NCBI RefSeq assembly: GCF_009914755.1
Contig: NC_060931.1
Source: the human T2T-CHM13v2.0 reference genome, Homo sapiens
Reading direction: 5' to 3' (one strand)
Length of the DNA: 64,000 nt
Position numbers and translations under genes: made by a program
The notes under the pieces: generated by a model
The model's input: only the letters and a program-made list of their open reading frames with translations
Databases searched by the model: none
What the model was told of the DNA's origin: nothing
In this document: positions 42,291 through 59,119 of the stretch, piece by piece
Numbering within the stretch: the first letter of the stretch is position 1
How the letters are laid out: every line of letters starts with the position of its first letter

Positions 42291-44159
42291 TCATGGCCCA
42301 TGTCCTCTTGCTCCCCACCAAGGTACGTAAACTCTCAAATTCCAGGATTACATAAGTTTGCAAGCTACTGTGTTCAGACTCAGTCCAAGCTGCCAATTAT
42401 ATTTTATAAGCTGCCTCCCAGTCATCTATTATTGATATCAAAGAAAGAGTTGCAGTTTTGAAACCTGCAATTGATGGGTGGGACCCTCCTGGTTGCACCA
42501 TCAATTTCAGGCATATAGAGTTACCCTTTGAAATTGAACTTTGAAAAGAGGCCATGGACCCTCTGCCTTGTTAGCCTCTTGGTGGTATAGATTTCAAGAT
42601 GCAGTTTATAATTGCATTTCACACTTGATTTTTTTTCTTCTACTTTTCTTTCTCTGATGATGTGGATCTTAGAAATGCTGTGGATGGAGAAAAAAGAAAT
42701 AAGCTCCCATGGAGAGAAGACTAAAAGGTGTCAGTAACTCTTTTCTCAAAGAAGAATGCACAGCAGGGAGTTGTGCTTTTTCTCTGCCTATAGCTGGCCA
42801 GGCAACTACATCATACTTGACGGATACCTTTTAGACTCATTATTTCCTCTTTGGTATGCTAGATATTTTATTCATATTGAAGGGCTCACAATGGGCAAAG
42901 GTTAGAAAACAGGAAGGGTAAGAGTAATTGAATGTTTCATTTAGAACACAGATAGGTCAAAAGGGCTGAAAAGCGGAAACATGCTTTCATGCTGAGTCAA
43001 CTTCCATAACCCAGAGGAAGTTGTTACTGAGGGACTTCTGATCAAACAAAGCTATCAGAGCTTGAGGTTTTAGAGGATGCTTATTTACATTAAAGTAATG
43101 ATGACTGTCTGAATGATGTCTGCATAAAACAGAAAGAGCAAATCCAAATAAAAGTCATCAGGTCACTGTGAGTCCTTTAGATCACAGGCAGGATTGCTGG
43201 GCTGAGAAGATCCATCTCCAATACAAACACTCAACAAAGGAGTAGCCAGCAAAAATTCCCTTTGTGTCTCATTTTTATACACACATACAAAATATTAGAA
43301 ATTCATTTTAAGGATGGAAAGCAGAGAGAACAAGATAAAAATACTAGCATGTATTAGATATCTAGAATTGAGTATGGATTTCTGGGATTTTAAATTTCTC
43401 AGGTTTTTTTTCTATTCATTTTAGGATTTAAGCTACAGTAACGGGAATGTGGCTATGCTTGCTGGTGCCATATGAAAGAATTTGTAAACTTGAAGAAAAT
43501 TAAATTATTTTATTATAGTAACATAACAGCTCAAAAGCCCTAAGAAAATATACTAAATTTGCTCATCCCATTCCAGCTTAAAATGATTTCTTGTACTAGT
43601 TGTTCTCAAACAAAAATATGCTGGTGAAAAAAAAATTTGGATCTGTAATCGAACTGACTCCTATATATTTTTAATCTACATTTGAAAAACAATCTTGAAA
43701 CCCTGAATAACAAGAAATAATTTCAGATGGCCCCAAATTGAAACAGGTTATTTTACAAATCCCCAAGATCTACACACTATTAAATAAAATAGTGACTAAA
43801 TGTTTCTCTTATCTGCTAACTCTATTTCTCGCATGAACCATCATAATCATGTCCAACATGAATGCTCTCAGACTCACCATAGCTGCTGATGTATTTCCCC
43901 GATGTCATCACCCCAGGAATTATATATATCATATAATATATATAGCTCTTTCACAGAAGACTTGGAAACCCAGCATTTTATCTTCTTCTTCGAATGTGCT
44001 GATTTCACCTCATATTCAGTTTGTATTTAACATACAGATATCCACCTTATTTTCCAGGTAAGGAATGTTAGGGTGGGCAAAGCAGAGAGAGTAAAGAAGT
44101 CTAACGTCTGAATTATCTCATCTCTAGAGTAAGTTCTAGAGTAAATATTCACCTTATAT

Positions 44160-44250
44160 TTATGATAGAGACATTTACCTAATTTTACAGATGAGGAACC
44201 TGGACACAGGCAAGTTAGAAAACAGAAGTCTAAATTTCCATCCTAGTACT
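44160..44250 (-). mobile_element. MIR core
   Basis: attttacagatgaggaacctggacacag. Confidence 0.6.
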
Positions 44251-44715
44251 CACAGCTGGATCACCTCAACTAATTCTGTTTGTATAAATCTCTGATTCTT
44301 AAGGAAAGCCTAGCTATTCTCACTGGTTAATGTCCAGACTGAGGGTGAAGCTATTTTCCCTAGCAACTGGCAGTTCTCTCTTTCTCTTCTATGCTTTCCT
44401 AACATAAACAGGTGTAAGAGGAGTGTGTGTATGTGTGTGTAACTATCTATCCTCTATACTGTTCTCTCCTTCTCTAGGTCCTTCAGTTCACTTAAATCTC
44501 TCTACCTCATGAGATTGAATAAAAAGCACCTACCCTCAACAATGGCCTTTCAATTCAGTTATCCATCTACATTCTTGAGCATTTTTTACCCAGTCACTTC
44601 TTTGAACGTAATTCTCTTTAACCCATCCACAGCATCTACTTTAATGTTCAGTAAATTTTTAGTGAATTGCTATCTATGGTAAAAAATAACCTTTATAAAA
44701 CCCATATTTATGTAG

Positions 44716-46124
<1,409 letters not shown>

Positions 46125-46449
46125 TATCTCCTTTATTAATAAAAACTGACATGACTAAAATAGACATGTCTGAGAATCAAGGAACTCACCATAGTGATTA
46201 CTGTAAAAACTAAGCAAATCAGTCATTTCCTAAGGAATGGATTTTCAGAAAATTAGCCTTATTTGTGTTTAGCATCACTTAGCCAACATGTGTTAATTCA
46301 GCCTGTAATTTCAGGTACATTATGTTCTAGTCCTTGTTTTCTGGAACATAGAAGAAAGCCTTTATTCAGATGATTGAGAGTGTTGCAAATGATAATTTAG
46401 TTTTGAGAAAACCATTTTCATACACCAGGTGAACTGAATAAAGAAGTTC

Positions 46450-46547
46450 AAAGGAAAGAAAGGAAGGAAAGAGGGGAAAGAAGGAAGAAAGGGAGGGAGG
46501 GAGGGAGAGAGGAAGGGAGGGAGAGAGGGAAGGGAGGGAAAAAGAAG
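46450..46547. repeat. GA-rich repeat
   Basis: Polypurine run. Confidence 0.9.
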
Positions 46548-46919
46548 ACCTATTTAAACCTTAAAAAGGACCAAGAGGGTTAAATTGAAAATGCCATTAC
46601 AAAAATTTGAAAGTAAGAAAAATCTGTTAAAGTAATCTGGTTCAGTAAAACAGACGAGTTTCAATAAAAGAGAAATGTTTTTGGACATTTTTGGTGGCCA
46701 GAGATATACTCAGATTAATCAACACCCATGAAGTCTTAATATAAATTATTTTGCAGAAAAAATGTATGAAGAGATGGTTCTAAAAGTTTGTGAAGATAAA
46801 TTATCTGGCCAAGTTGGAAGTGAAACAGAAGCACAAATATGAACAATTTGGCCAATGAGTTAAGTTGCATGGATAGAATTTTAGATAATCTGTGTATTAG
46901 TAAACTTTTCTATATCATT

Positions 46920-47052
46920 TGAACACAAATGCTAAATATTCTGATTTGATCATTAACACAGTGTGTGTGTATATATATAATATACATATATATAATCTTA
47001 CTGTACCCTATAAATATGTACAATTATGATGTGTCAAGTAAATAATTAAAAA
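46920..47052 (+). mobile_element. L1MA 3' end
   Basis: ctgatttgatcatta...ctgtaccctataaatatgtacaattat..tgtgtcaa. Confidence 0.75.
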
Positions 47053-48289
47053 GCAATAAAAAGCAATGTGAGGCTAATACAACAATATCAGGCAAGTATA
47101 GAAGAATTGCAAGATATTAAACCATTTAAGTGAAAGAGAATAATAACATACTTTGAAGGTTATAGATACTGGTTCTTTAAATTATATTTAGTCTTACAAT
47201 GTTTAAGGAAAGGAAAGATTTGGGAACACAAGATGTGAGGAGATAATCAACTACATATATGATCACAAAGAAAATATAACTTATAAATGTTTTTATGATC
47301 TCAAAAGGTATTAACTCTTATGGATATGCCTTCTGCCATTCAATATTTTGATAGATACTAACATTTCTATCAGTATTTCTATAATCTTCATAATCCCATC
47401 AGGAAATTGTCTCCTGAATGTATCCTCACTTATCCCCATTATGCACTACTTTAAACATAAGCTAAATATACAGGATTTTTAAGGTAGCCTATTGAAATAA
47501 TTTCTAATTTCTCATGGACTAAATTACACCCTTGATTAATTTGTAAAAAGTGAGTTTAACTGTATTATTTTTAAGGTTTTAATGCTTTGATATAAAAGTA
47601 TCACAATATCTAGCTATAGTCACACTCTGAAATTTTTCAATTGCAATATATACTGACCATTAGAAACTGTTTTAATTATAGTCCACTGAGTGTTCATCTT
47701 TTTCGTGACTTTGGAAAATTGAAGATTTCTTCAAAGAGAGAAGATGTTTGTTCTTTTACTAAAGTTCAGTTTGGCTATATTCTTAGAAATCTCTTGTGTC
47801 TTGCATAGGATTTGAATCGGGTTGCTCATGAAATTCTGTGACTGATATGAAGCTAACCAGTGTCAAACACTAGAACTAATCCATCACATACAGTTGTCAT
47901 AGCACAAAGAATGTCAATTATCTCCCACAAAGTAACTGAGATGGCAAAATCGATCCAAGAATGTGCAGCAAATTATCTTCTAAATATAGCATGGAAAGCT
48001 CAAGTCTGTGGCATTCTCAATAGTTGCTTCTCTACAGAAAAGTAAAGTCACAGTCTGTTAGACAACATACCAGACACAGAAATTTGAGGACCTGAGTAAA
48101 AACCTTAAAAATTGGGAAAATTCCAATGTATCTCATACAGAAGAACCCAAGTACAATATAGAGGCGAAGAAAAACAATCTCACTTATAAGCTAACCTCAT
48201 TTTCTGGTTGGTCCACTGAAGTAAGTTTTACCTTAGTTTTTCAATTGGAGAGAGAAAGGAATGATATCCACCAGCAGGATGATTTTATT

Positions 48290-48608
48290 ATTACTATTAC
48301 TATTATTATTATTATTATTGAGACAGGGTCTCACTCTGTTACCCAGGCTGCAGTACAGTGGCACAATCATAGCTAACAGCTGCTTTGACCTCCTGAGCCC
48401 AAGCGATCTTCTCAGGCTCAAGTGATCCTCCCACATCAGCCTCCTGAGTATGGGACCACCATGCCTAGCTAACTTTTTTTTTTTTTTTTTGGACAGATGA
48501 GGTCTCACAATGTTGCCCCAGCTGGTCTTGAACTCCTATGCTCAAGCGATCCTCCTGCTTCAGCCCTTGTGGGGCTGGAATTACAGGCGTGAGCCACCAT
48601 GCCCAGCC
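48290..48608 (-). mobile_element. AluJ with (ATT)n tail
   Basis: J-type ctttgacctcctg and ctcaagcgatcctcct. Small internal duplication near 48395-48430. TSD ttttatt. Confidence 0.92.
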
Positions 48609-48834
48609 TTTTATTTCTGATTTATATTGAAACTGTGGGATTTATATGAATGAATGATGAAAAAAACTTGAATATAGCTTTAAGTGATGCTTCACGTAAT
48701 TATGATCAATGCTCTAGGTTAATATATAAAAGAATAGGAAGATAGTTATTTGTTAAATAATCACTAAAGGGCAGATGTTTATGACTTCTATTTTAGAATT
48801 TGGTCAATTTAGTCTGAATAAAACAAGGTTGGTA

Positions 48835-48960
48835 ACATCATTTATTTGATAATGTTTATTGAGCACTTACTATGTCAAATGCTGTGCTAATCAATGGTAT
48901 ACAGTCATGAACAAGCCAGAAATGACTACTACGCTCATGGAGCTCACACTCTAGTGAAAC
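48835..48960 (-). mobile_element. L2 3' end
   Basis: tgtttattgagcacttactatgtc...ctcatggagctcacactctagtg. Confidence 0.8.
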
Positions 48961-49370
48961 AAAATATAACTCTTAAGACAAAATATATTTCTATTATGGA
49001 GTTTTTCCCTTTTCTTGGGGGGGGGAGTTATTACATGCCTGCTTCATTTTGTTGAGATGCCTTCCTAACTATATTAATGATAAAAGAACTTTTTCTGATG
49101 AAGTATATTCACACCTAAGCATATTGCAATTATTTTGCAATACCAAATAGCAAAAACAGGAAGTAATTGAATGAAAGCCTCCTTTTAACACAGAAGACTA
49201 AAGGATTTTATTAACAGTTTAGAGTAGAAGGCAAGCTTGTGTTTAATTCTACTTAGGTTTTAATGATCTCCATAAGAGCCTTGACATTAGAAATGAGACC
49301 CTAAAAGATCCATTGTGGATTATCAAAATGTATAAATTAGAAATTCAATGAATATGTTCAGTAAAAGTCA

Positions 49371-49616
49371 GGGCCAAGGCGGGTGGATCACCTCAGGTCA
49401 GGAGTTTGAGACCAGCATGACCAACATAGTGAAACTCCATCTCTACTAAAAATACAAACATTAGCTAGGCATGGTGGCAGGCACCTGCAATTCCAGCTAC
49501 TTGGCAATCTGAGGCAGGAGAATCACTTGAACCTAGAGGCAGAGGTTGCAGTGAGCCGAGATCATGCCATTACATACCAGCCTGAGCCACAAGAGCAAAA
49601 CTCCATCTCAAAAAAA
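49371..49616 (+). mobile_element. 5'-truncated AluS (Sq/Sp-like)
   Basis: Starts about 40 nt into the consensus. TSD aaaagtca at 49363-49370 / 49617-49624. Confidence 0.93.
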
Positions 49617-51210
49617 AAAAGTCATGGGAACTACATTTCAAATACATTTTATTCATTTATCTTGACAGGTGGATAGTTAAGATAAGTTTGGTAGTATTGC
49701 ATTACTAATCTTGTAGTACACTTCAGAAAATAGGTGATTTCTTTCATAGAAAATGGATAGCATTGCTGAGCAATTAAATGGGCATAACAGGGTTTTCAGA
49801 TGAGCAAAATAAGAATTATTGAATCTTTATTAAACATTTATGTTCTTTTTAAATCTGCCAATAAATGACCAAGAGATACTGAACAGGTTGACTTTTCCTG
49901 GCTGTGTGGAAGAAAGAAACTAGATAACTGGTAACTGGCTATTCCATGCCAATGAGACACAAGTCAGTCAAAAAGTCATGACATTGCTGAATTATATGAT
50001 GTATAGGGAGTGGGAGTGGAAGGAGACACAGTCTTTGAGCCTCCTCAGAAATTATTGTCTAAACCATTTTTAAGTAACAGAGCAACTGAATTGTACCCCA
50101 AGGGAGCAGTAGACCCAGATGCATTAATCTTTCAGGCTTAAATTAATGTTCTTAAGAACTGTGTTTAATGAATAAACAGGATCTTGTTGTCAGTGACCAT
50201 TTAAGAAATTGACAAACAACCTCTTGACTGTATGCTGCTAGGCCCTTGTAGAACCTAAAAAGTTGCCTCCATGAAATCCTGTTACCCAATACTCTATCCC
50301 ATTGAGAAGCAAAGTTACAGAAGGTACATGTGTGACCTTGGTATTTTGAACACTGCCAAGAGCAATATTCTCTTAAATTTTCTCCTTCTAATTAGCACAA
50401 GCTGTCTCTTGCTTTTTATCTCTCTACATTTAAGTGGAAATATGAGTCAAAAAAAGACAAATTGTTCTTTGCTCCTTTCCTAGTTGCCACCAAGACAAAT
50501 GATACTCCTATAGGTTATGGGAACACTTCAAGTAGCTAAGAGCCCTTTATTACTTTTTACTAGTGCCATGTGTAATAAAGAAATGAATTAGAGGTATAGC
50601 ACATCACTTAGATAATGAGCACCTACTGAATTTGAATCATTACATGTATCTTAGTCAACCATTCCATTGTTCATTCCTTTATTCTTATATATATTTAAGT
50701 AAAAGTGGTCATAGAGAAAAATATATCTATATGGACGCGGAGAGGAGGACTGTGGGTGGGTGTGTTGGGGTGGCTGTATACTCTGACAGGCAATTTGGTG
50801 GTGCAGATGCGTAAAGATACTGCTGAAAGTAATATAAGTAATGCTAACCCTTAAGGAGCATATTTACAATTAAATAATTTATATGTGTGTGTCTGTGTAT
50901 ATATATTTCATTCATATATATAGTATAAATGAACCATATATACATATTAATCTGAAGTATAAATTACGTGTGTATGTGTATATATGTATGTCTATATTAT
51001 GTGCATTTTTAAATTTGTGTTCATACATATATATGTATGTATGAATGTGAATTAAAAAAAGATTTCCAAAGACATCGGAACAGAAATTCTGCATATTAAG
51101 ATGGAGCATGGGAAAGTAGTACTAGATCTGGGCCTTAAAGGATATGAGAATTCTTTGTCCTTATGACAGCTAAATTTATGAGAAGAATATACCCTACTAC
51201 TCCCCAGCTC

Positions 51211-51337
51211 TTTTTTTTTCTTGAGACAGGGTCTTGCAATGTTGCCCAGGCTGTCTTTGAACTCCTGGGCTCAAGCAATTCTCCTCCTTCAGCCTCCCAA
51301 GTAGTTAGGATTATGGGCACACACCACCATGCCTGGC
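51211..51337 (-). mobile_element. FLAM monomer
   Basis: Single ~125 bp arm, gagacagggtcttgcaatgttgcccagg...caccatgcctggc. Confidence 0.85.
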
Positions 51338-51949
51338 ACCTAACTCTTTACTCTGCTCCAGAAAAAAATAAATGTTGGGATAGCACTCAACCATATTTTT
51401 TACAGATGAAAAACAAAAAAAAATAGACTGAATAACATACACAAATATAGATGATGGTGTGATCTATGGTGGGGGATGATATGATGGATGGTAGTTAAGA
51501 GCCTTTTATTCTTTCTGAAATGATTTTTTTTCTTCCAGTGAAATGTCTGTGTGGTAAATGACAAATTATTAACCATTTTCTACTCTGGATGGTAAGAATA
51601 TAGATGTTTAATTTATAATTTCTTTATTTCAATTTTTTTAAAAAGCAGGATAATAGAATTTCTACAGTTAAATAGAAAGAGAATGGAGAAAGCTTACAAG
51701 ACACTTTGAGAAAATGGTCAAAAATTCAGCAAGACCATCACGATATATGAAACTCAGTGCAACATGATGTGTACTTTTATTAATTAAGAAATCTTGATTT
51801 TCTTCAATAAGTAGAATATATCCCTATGAAGTTTCTTTTTAGATATAGAATAATAGAGGTTTAGCTTTAGGATACTTAGTCTAAAAAAATACTCAATTCC
51901 TGAAATCTACATATATTGTGTATTGATTTAACCCAATGCTCTAGCCTGG

Positions 51950-53900
<1,951 letters not shown>

Positions 53901-54343
53901 GCTAATTACAGGATATTCCAAGATGCTTGAGAATCAACATCCACATGATGAGATGACCTGGGTATCTTGGGTTTCTTGTGTGACTGGCAGAAATTCATAT
54001 ATAGAATATAAGGGGGTTAATATTGGCATTCTCTAGGGTGGTGGAAGTGTCTGTTGTATCGTGTGGGGAAGAAATCACCTTGACAGGAAAACATGGAGCT
54101 CAACACATCACTTATTCAGTCACAAATGACATTGAGGTCATTGAGGAGCACCAGGAGCACATAAGGATCTTTTGAATGTTCCCTGTCAGCTCCCTCATGA
54201 TGATGAGCCAGAAAAACATCAATCTTCCTAGGAGATTGTGAGCCTCTATTAGCCCCTATAGAATCTTATGAAAGCCTGCTTGACATGTTAGAACATTAAT
54301 CTGTAGTGAGCAGCTATAATTTTTTTCTACCAAACACTTTTCT

Positions 54344-54627
54344 TTGAGATGGAGTTCCGCTCTTGTTGCCCAGGGTTTAGTGCAATGGCACGATCTGGGC
54401 TCACTGCAACCTCCGCCCCCCAGGTTCAAGCAATTCTCCTTCCTCAGCCTCTCAAGCAGCTGGGATTACAGGCATTCACCACCACACTTGGCTAATTTTG
54501 TATTTTTAGTAGGGACAGGGTTTCACCCTGTTGGTCAGGCTGGTTTTGAACTCCTGACCTCAAGTGACCCACCCATCTTGGCCTCCCAAAGTGCTGAGAT
54601 TACAGGAGTGAGCTACCATGCTCAGCC
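54344..54627 (-). mobile_element. AluS (Sq-like), almost no poly(A)
   Basis: TSD tac(c/t)aaacacttttct at 54328-54343 / 54628-54643. Confidence 0.94.
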
Positions 54628-56614
54628 TACTAAACACTTTTCTAACAATTTTCCACCTTCAGTCAGTGTATAAAGCTGCCCTGGGAGTTATGTGTAGAGC
54701 ATGAGCTCATCAAACTTGAACAAAAGAAAACAGGAAGGCTATGTCCTGGAGAAAAGTATTTGGGTCTATGAACAGAAAAAAGAGACCAGATATTAAACAG
54801 CACAGTGTTGCCCAAAATAAGATAAATAGACCAGGGCTAACTCACAGAAGTCAGAAGTAAGACAAATAGACAATGGCAGGACAGTGACACGAGAGCAGCA
54901 TGCCTCAGTTGCTAGTACTGAGGAAAACAGACAAGCTGGAGATGGGAATTTCTAAATCTGTTTTGGAATCCTATAGTTTTGATACTTTAAACAGGGCCCT
55001 TTTCTTTTCTGCAGGCATACTGAAACAGGCAACTACAATCAAGCAGGGATCACTAATGACTCAAAAGACCCAGGGAATCATGAACTGGGCCTCCAAATTG
55101 TGCTAATTTGATCAACCACATATTGACAACCAATGAAAGCTTAGATGGCCGAATGTAATCTTTAAAAATAATTGAGCACACGAGCACAAATGGCCTCTTC
55201 TCTTTTTCCTCTCATCAAGGCCTTAATTGGATAAACTGACATGACTTGAAACTTGACTTACTTTGTAGAACAAACAAATTCAACCAGAATGTCATTATAA
55301 ATAGGACAGAAACCACAGACTGGGACTCAGACAAAGGAAGGTATCATTCCACATCCTCGAGATCTCTACCCTTACTAGTGTACCTCCTACACTTCCAGTT
55401 CAAACAATATTCACAGTCCAGGTCCCTTGTCAGATCACCAGGTTGTAGTCTTACCTCCCATTTGAGATGTTCATGTTTGTGAGAGTCATCTCAGAAAAGC
55501 TCTTTTTGCAACATCATGTGTGTTAAGGTGAATATAACAACATTAACATTTGTATTTATTTCTGTTTATATTTTCAATTTAAACATCCAAATATTGTAGG
55601 TGTTTTCATTTTGTTTTTATGTCCATTTACATACGTATATAAAAATATATCACATTGCGTGACTAACCACTTCCTTCAGGCTCATGAGTATACATTTCCC
55701 AAAGACAAGTATTTTCAATTCCTTAATGTTACAAATATCCTGAATAGCTGTTATTCTGGAAATATGTTGTTGTATTATCATCAACAGCAGCATGGAGCAT
55801 AATAGATATGACTTCGTATGCTTAATTTATATTTTTAGCAATTTTCTGGTAAGCATTCTGCATTTGAACCATATTTCTATTAGATGTAGAATATTTTCCC
55901 GGGTATCAATTCAGCTAGGCCATTAGTTCCTTAATGGTTCTTTTTAAAAACAGCATAACTAACTTTATGAAACTTTTTGAATGTTCCCTCAAAAAGTGTC
56001 CATATTCATTCATCTCATATTCAAAAAAAAAAACAATGGTTACCTTTGCAAATCTGCAAAATTACTGACATACAACATACTGGTCTTTCATTGCATTGAA
56101 TCATGAATCACTTTTCTTTCTTAAGGATTTAGGGGAACCCAGTATATAAATATTTTTAAAGTGTTTCTTAGAAATTTCCCAGGTTTTCCAGTGATAATAA
56201 ATTGTCCTTTGGAGTCAACTTAATTCCATCCATATGTCTTAAATAACATTAAAAAAAAACAAAAATACAACCTATTTAATCCTCTCATATCATAAAAAAT
56301 TACCACACTATGTTCAATATAACCTGGGCATTTTCTTCTTACACCACATACAATAGTAGTAGCATGACATATTTTCACAAGGAAACAAGTAAATTTAAGT
56401 ATATTTAATGTTCCTGTTTGCTTCATTTTATTATCAATTCAAAAATTGTCAAAGCATATGTTCAGAGAAGTAAGCCATTAAATAAAGAGGTTTTGACATT
56501 ATTTTTCTTACATGTAAAATTTCAGATCACAATGTCAGAAAAGATAAAAGCATATACATTGATTATCCTTATATAACTTGGTCAACTTTTCCACAGTTAG
56601 GAGAGAGAAACCAA

Positions 56615-56790
56615 AAGAACACTGGGCTAGAATTGGGAGGCCTAGGTTCTGGTCAGTGTTCTGATACTTACTCGTTCTATGAACTTGTCAAGACATTTTA
56701 ATTACCTGAGCCTCAGTATCCTTAATTGTAAGATGGGATACTAACAACTTACCTTACTTTCCCAACACAATTGTTGGGTTAAGAATCAAT
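56615..56790 (+). mobile_element. MIR
   Basis: agaacactgggctagaa...cctaggttct...ctgagcctcagt..cct..tgtaagatggg. Confidence 0.75.
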
Positions 56791-56871
56791 TTTTATAGAC
56801 ATGCAGACACATAATTTATTAATAAACCCTTTATAAGTTATAACATTAAATGGCAATGGAAATAATAATAA

Positions 56872-57519
56872 TTTTTTCTTGAGACAGTCTCACTCTGTTG
56901 CCCAGGCTGAAGTGCAGTGGTGCAATCACAGCTCACTGCAGCCTCGACCTCCCAGGCTTACTACTGTCTCAGTGTATTAGTCCATTTTCTCACTGTTATC
57001 AAGAACTGCCCGAGGCTGGGTAATTTATAAAGGAAAAAGGTTTGACTCACAGTTCCACATGGCTGGGGAGACCTCAGGAAACTTACAGTCATGGTGGAAG
57101 ATGAAGGAAAAGCAAGCAGTTTCTTCACAAGAAAGCGGGTGAGAAAGAGTGAGTGCGGAACTGCCAAACACTTTAAAAGCCATCAGATCTCGTGAGAACT
57201 TACTCACTACAATGAGAAAAGCATGGAGGAAACCACGCCTATGATCCAATCACCTCTCACCAGGCCCTTTCCTTGACACATGAAGATTACAATTCAATAT
57301 GACATTCAGGTGGGAACACAGCACCAAATGATATCGCTTAGCCTCCTGAGTAGCTAGAACCACAGGTGTGCACCATCACACCCAGCTGATTTTAATTATT
57401 TGTAGAGCCAAGTTCTCCCTGTGTTACCCAGGTTGCTCTCAAACTTCTGGACCCAAGTGATCCTCCTGCCTCAGTTTCTCAAAGTGCTGGGTTATAGGCA
57501 TGATCCAACATGCTCAGCC
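56872..57519 (-). mobile_element. AluJ split by a THE1D LTR
   Basis: cactgcagcctcgacctcc (J-type). Resumes cttagcctcctgagtagct. Flanking atggaaataat on both sides. Confidence 0.9.
56973..57336 (-). mobile_element. THE1D-like MaLR solo LTR
   Basis: tgtattagtcc...ggctggggagacctcaggaaacttaca...ccaaatgatatc. 5 bp TSD ctcag/cttag. Confidence 0.88.
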
Positions 57520-58210
57520 TCTATGGAAATAATTATTATCACTAAAATTATTATGTGCATAAGACACATGATGAATGCAGAAGGGGAGCTATTATTAAAT
57601 ACTTTCCATAACATTTACTCTAACAGCTAAAAGATATTTATTTGTGCATGAATTTACAAGATTATTTAAAAAGACAATGCATTAACATATATTTAATATA
57701 CTCCAAACACTGCCCTTCAATATTCTTAGCCTTTTCTCCTGCTGTCCTCTCCCTACCCCACCGAAGTTTAAGAGATTTTAAAACTGGAAGCAAGTGCACA
57801 ATATGTTGTCTGCTCTTTACCAATTAGGGGACAATTTATTAATTTCATTCTCACTTGCAAAAAAAAGTCTGACAATTAGAGTCCAATAAAGTGTGTAGTA
57901 GAGATTGTTTTATTTATCATCACTCTTTGTAAATTTTTCAAGTTTATTGAAACATTTAAAATAATTAGTAAGTGTTGTCAGAATTATAAGATTTAAGTAC
58001 CTATAAGACTTTGTTACAATGTATAACATTTCTTACAAGTTGTTCACAAAGCTGTTAACAGGAGGTAGGGAGTGAATTTGATTCTGTGGAAATATCCAAG
58101 GCTAGAATAGGTATACCTGGGTCAGGGTTAGAGGTACTCAGGTCAGAGAGATCACTTCATTTGCATCAGCAGTGGCCAAAGAAGACTAGAGAGTCAATAA
58201 TAATAGACGG

Positions 58211-58430
58211 TGTATTAGTTTCCCAGACCTGCAACAAACCACTGCGACAGTAGTGGCCTGAAACAACAGTAATTTATTCTCTCACAGTTCTAGAGGCCAG
58301 GTGTGTGAAATCAAAGTGTCAACAGGACCATGTTTCCTCTGAAGGCTAAGGGAGAATCTTTTCTTAAGTAACCCCACCCAATCTCTACTTTCATCTTCAT
58401 GTGACCTTTTTCTCTGTGTTCCTGTCTATG
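58211..58430 (-). mobile_element. MLT1C-like 3' LTR, partial
   Basis: tgtattagtttcc...aaacaacagtaatttattctctcacagttctagaggccag. Confidence 0.85.
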
Positions 58431-58811
58431 TCCCCTTTAGTCTAAGCTGGCAGTGTTTCTGCTTATACAACATTCTTAAAAACCTTGTAGGTCCAACATG
58501 TATGTCAAGGGGATCACACTGTCAGATAAGAGGTTCTTCCACAGATCCTTCCTGGATAACCAATCTCTATTCCTGGTGTCTGCTGAAACGGTCAGTTGGA
58601 TCCATAAGCCACACATCTAATCTATTCAGCAAAAGATTTTTAAGTCTCCTCTTTGGCCTTCTATTTAGAGTATGCTTTCCCAACAATAAATTTTCTAATT
58701 TTAGCATCTTTTGCATCTAGGTATGTGGAGAACCTTCCAAATTATCAAGTACTCCTTGCTGTTTGCTTAGTAGTTCCTTTTTCAGTTCATCTTTTTCCTG
58801 TTGAATTTTTA

Positions 58812-59119
<308 letters not shown>

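Noticed and set aside
47790-47842. Acceptor tcttgcatag followed by DLNRVAHEIL* as a possible last coding exon
   Set aside because: Weak acceptor, unrecognised peptide, no supporting upstream exons.
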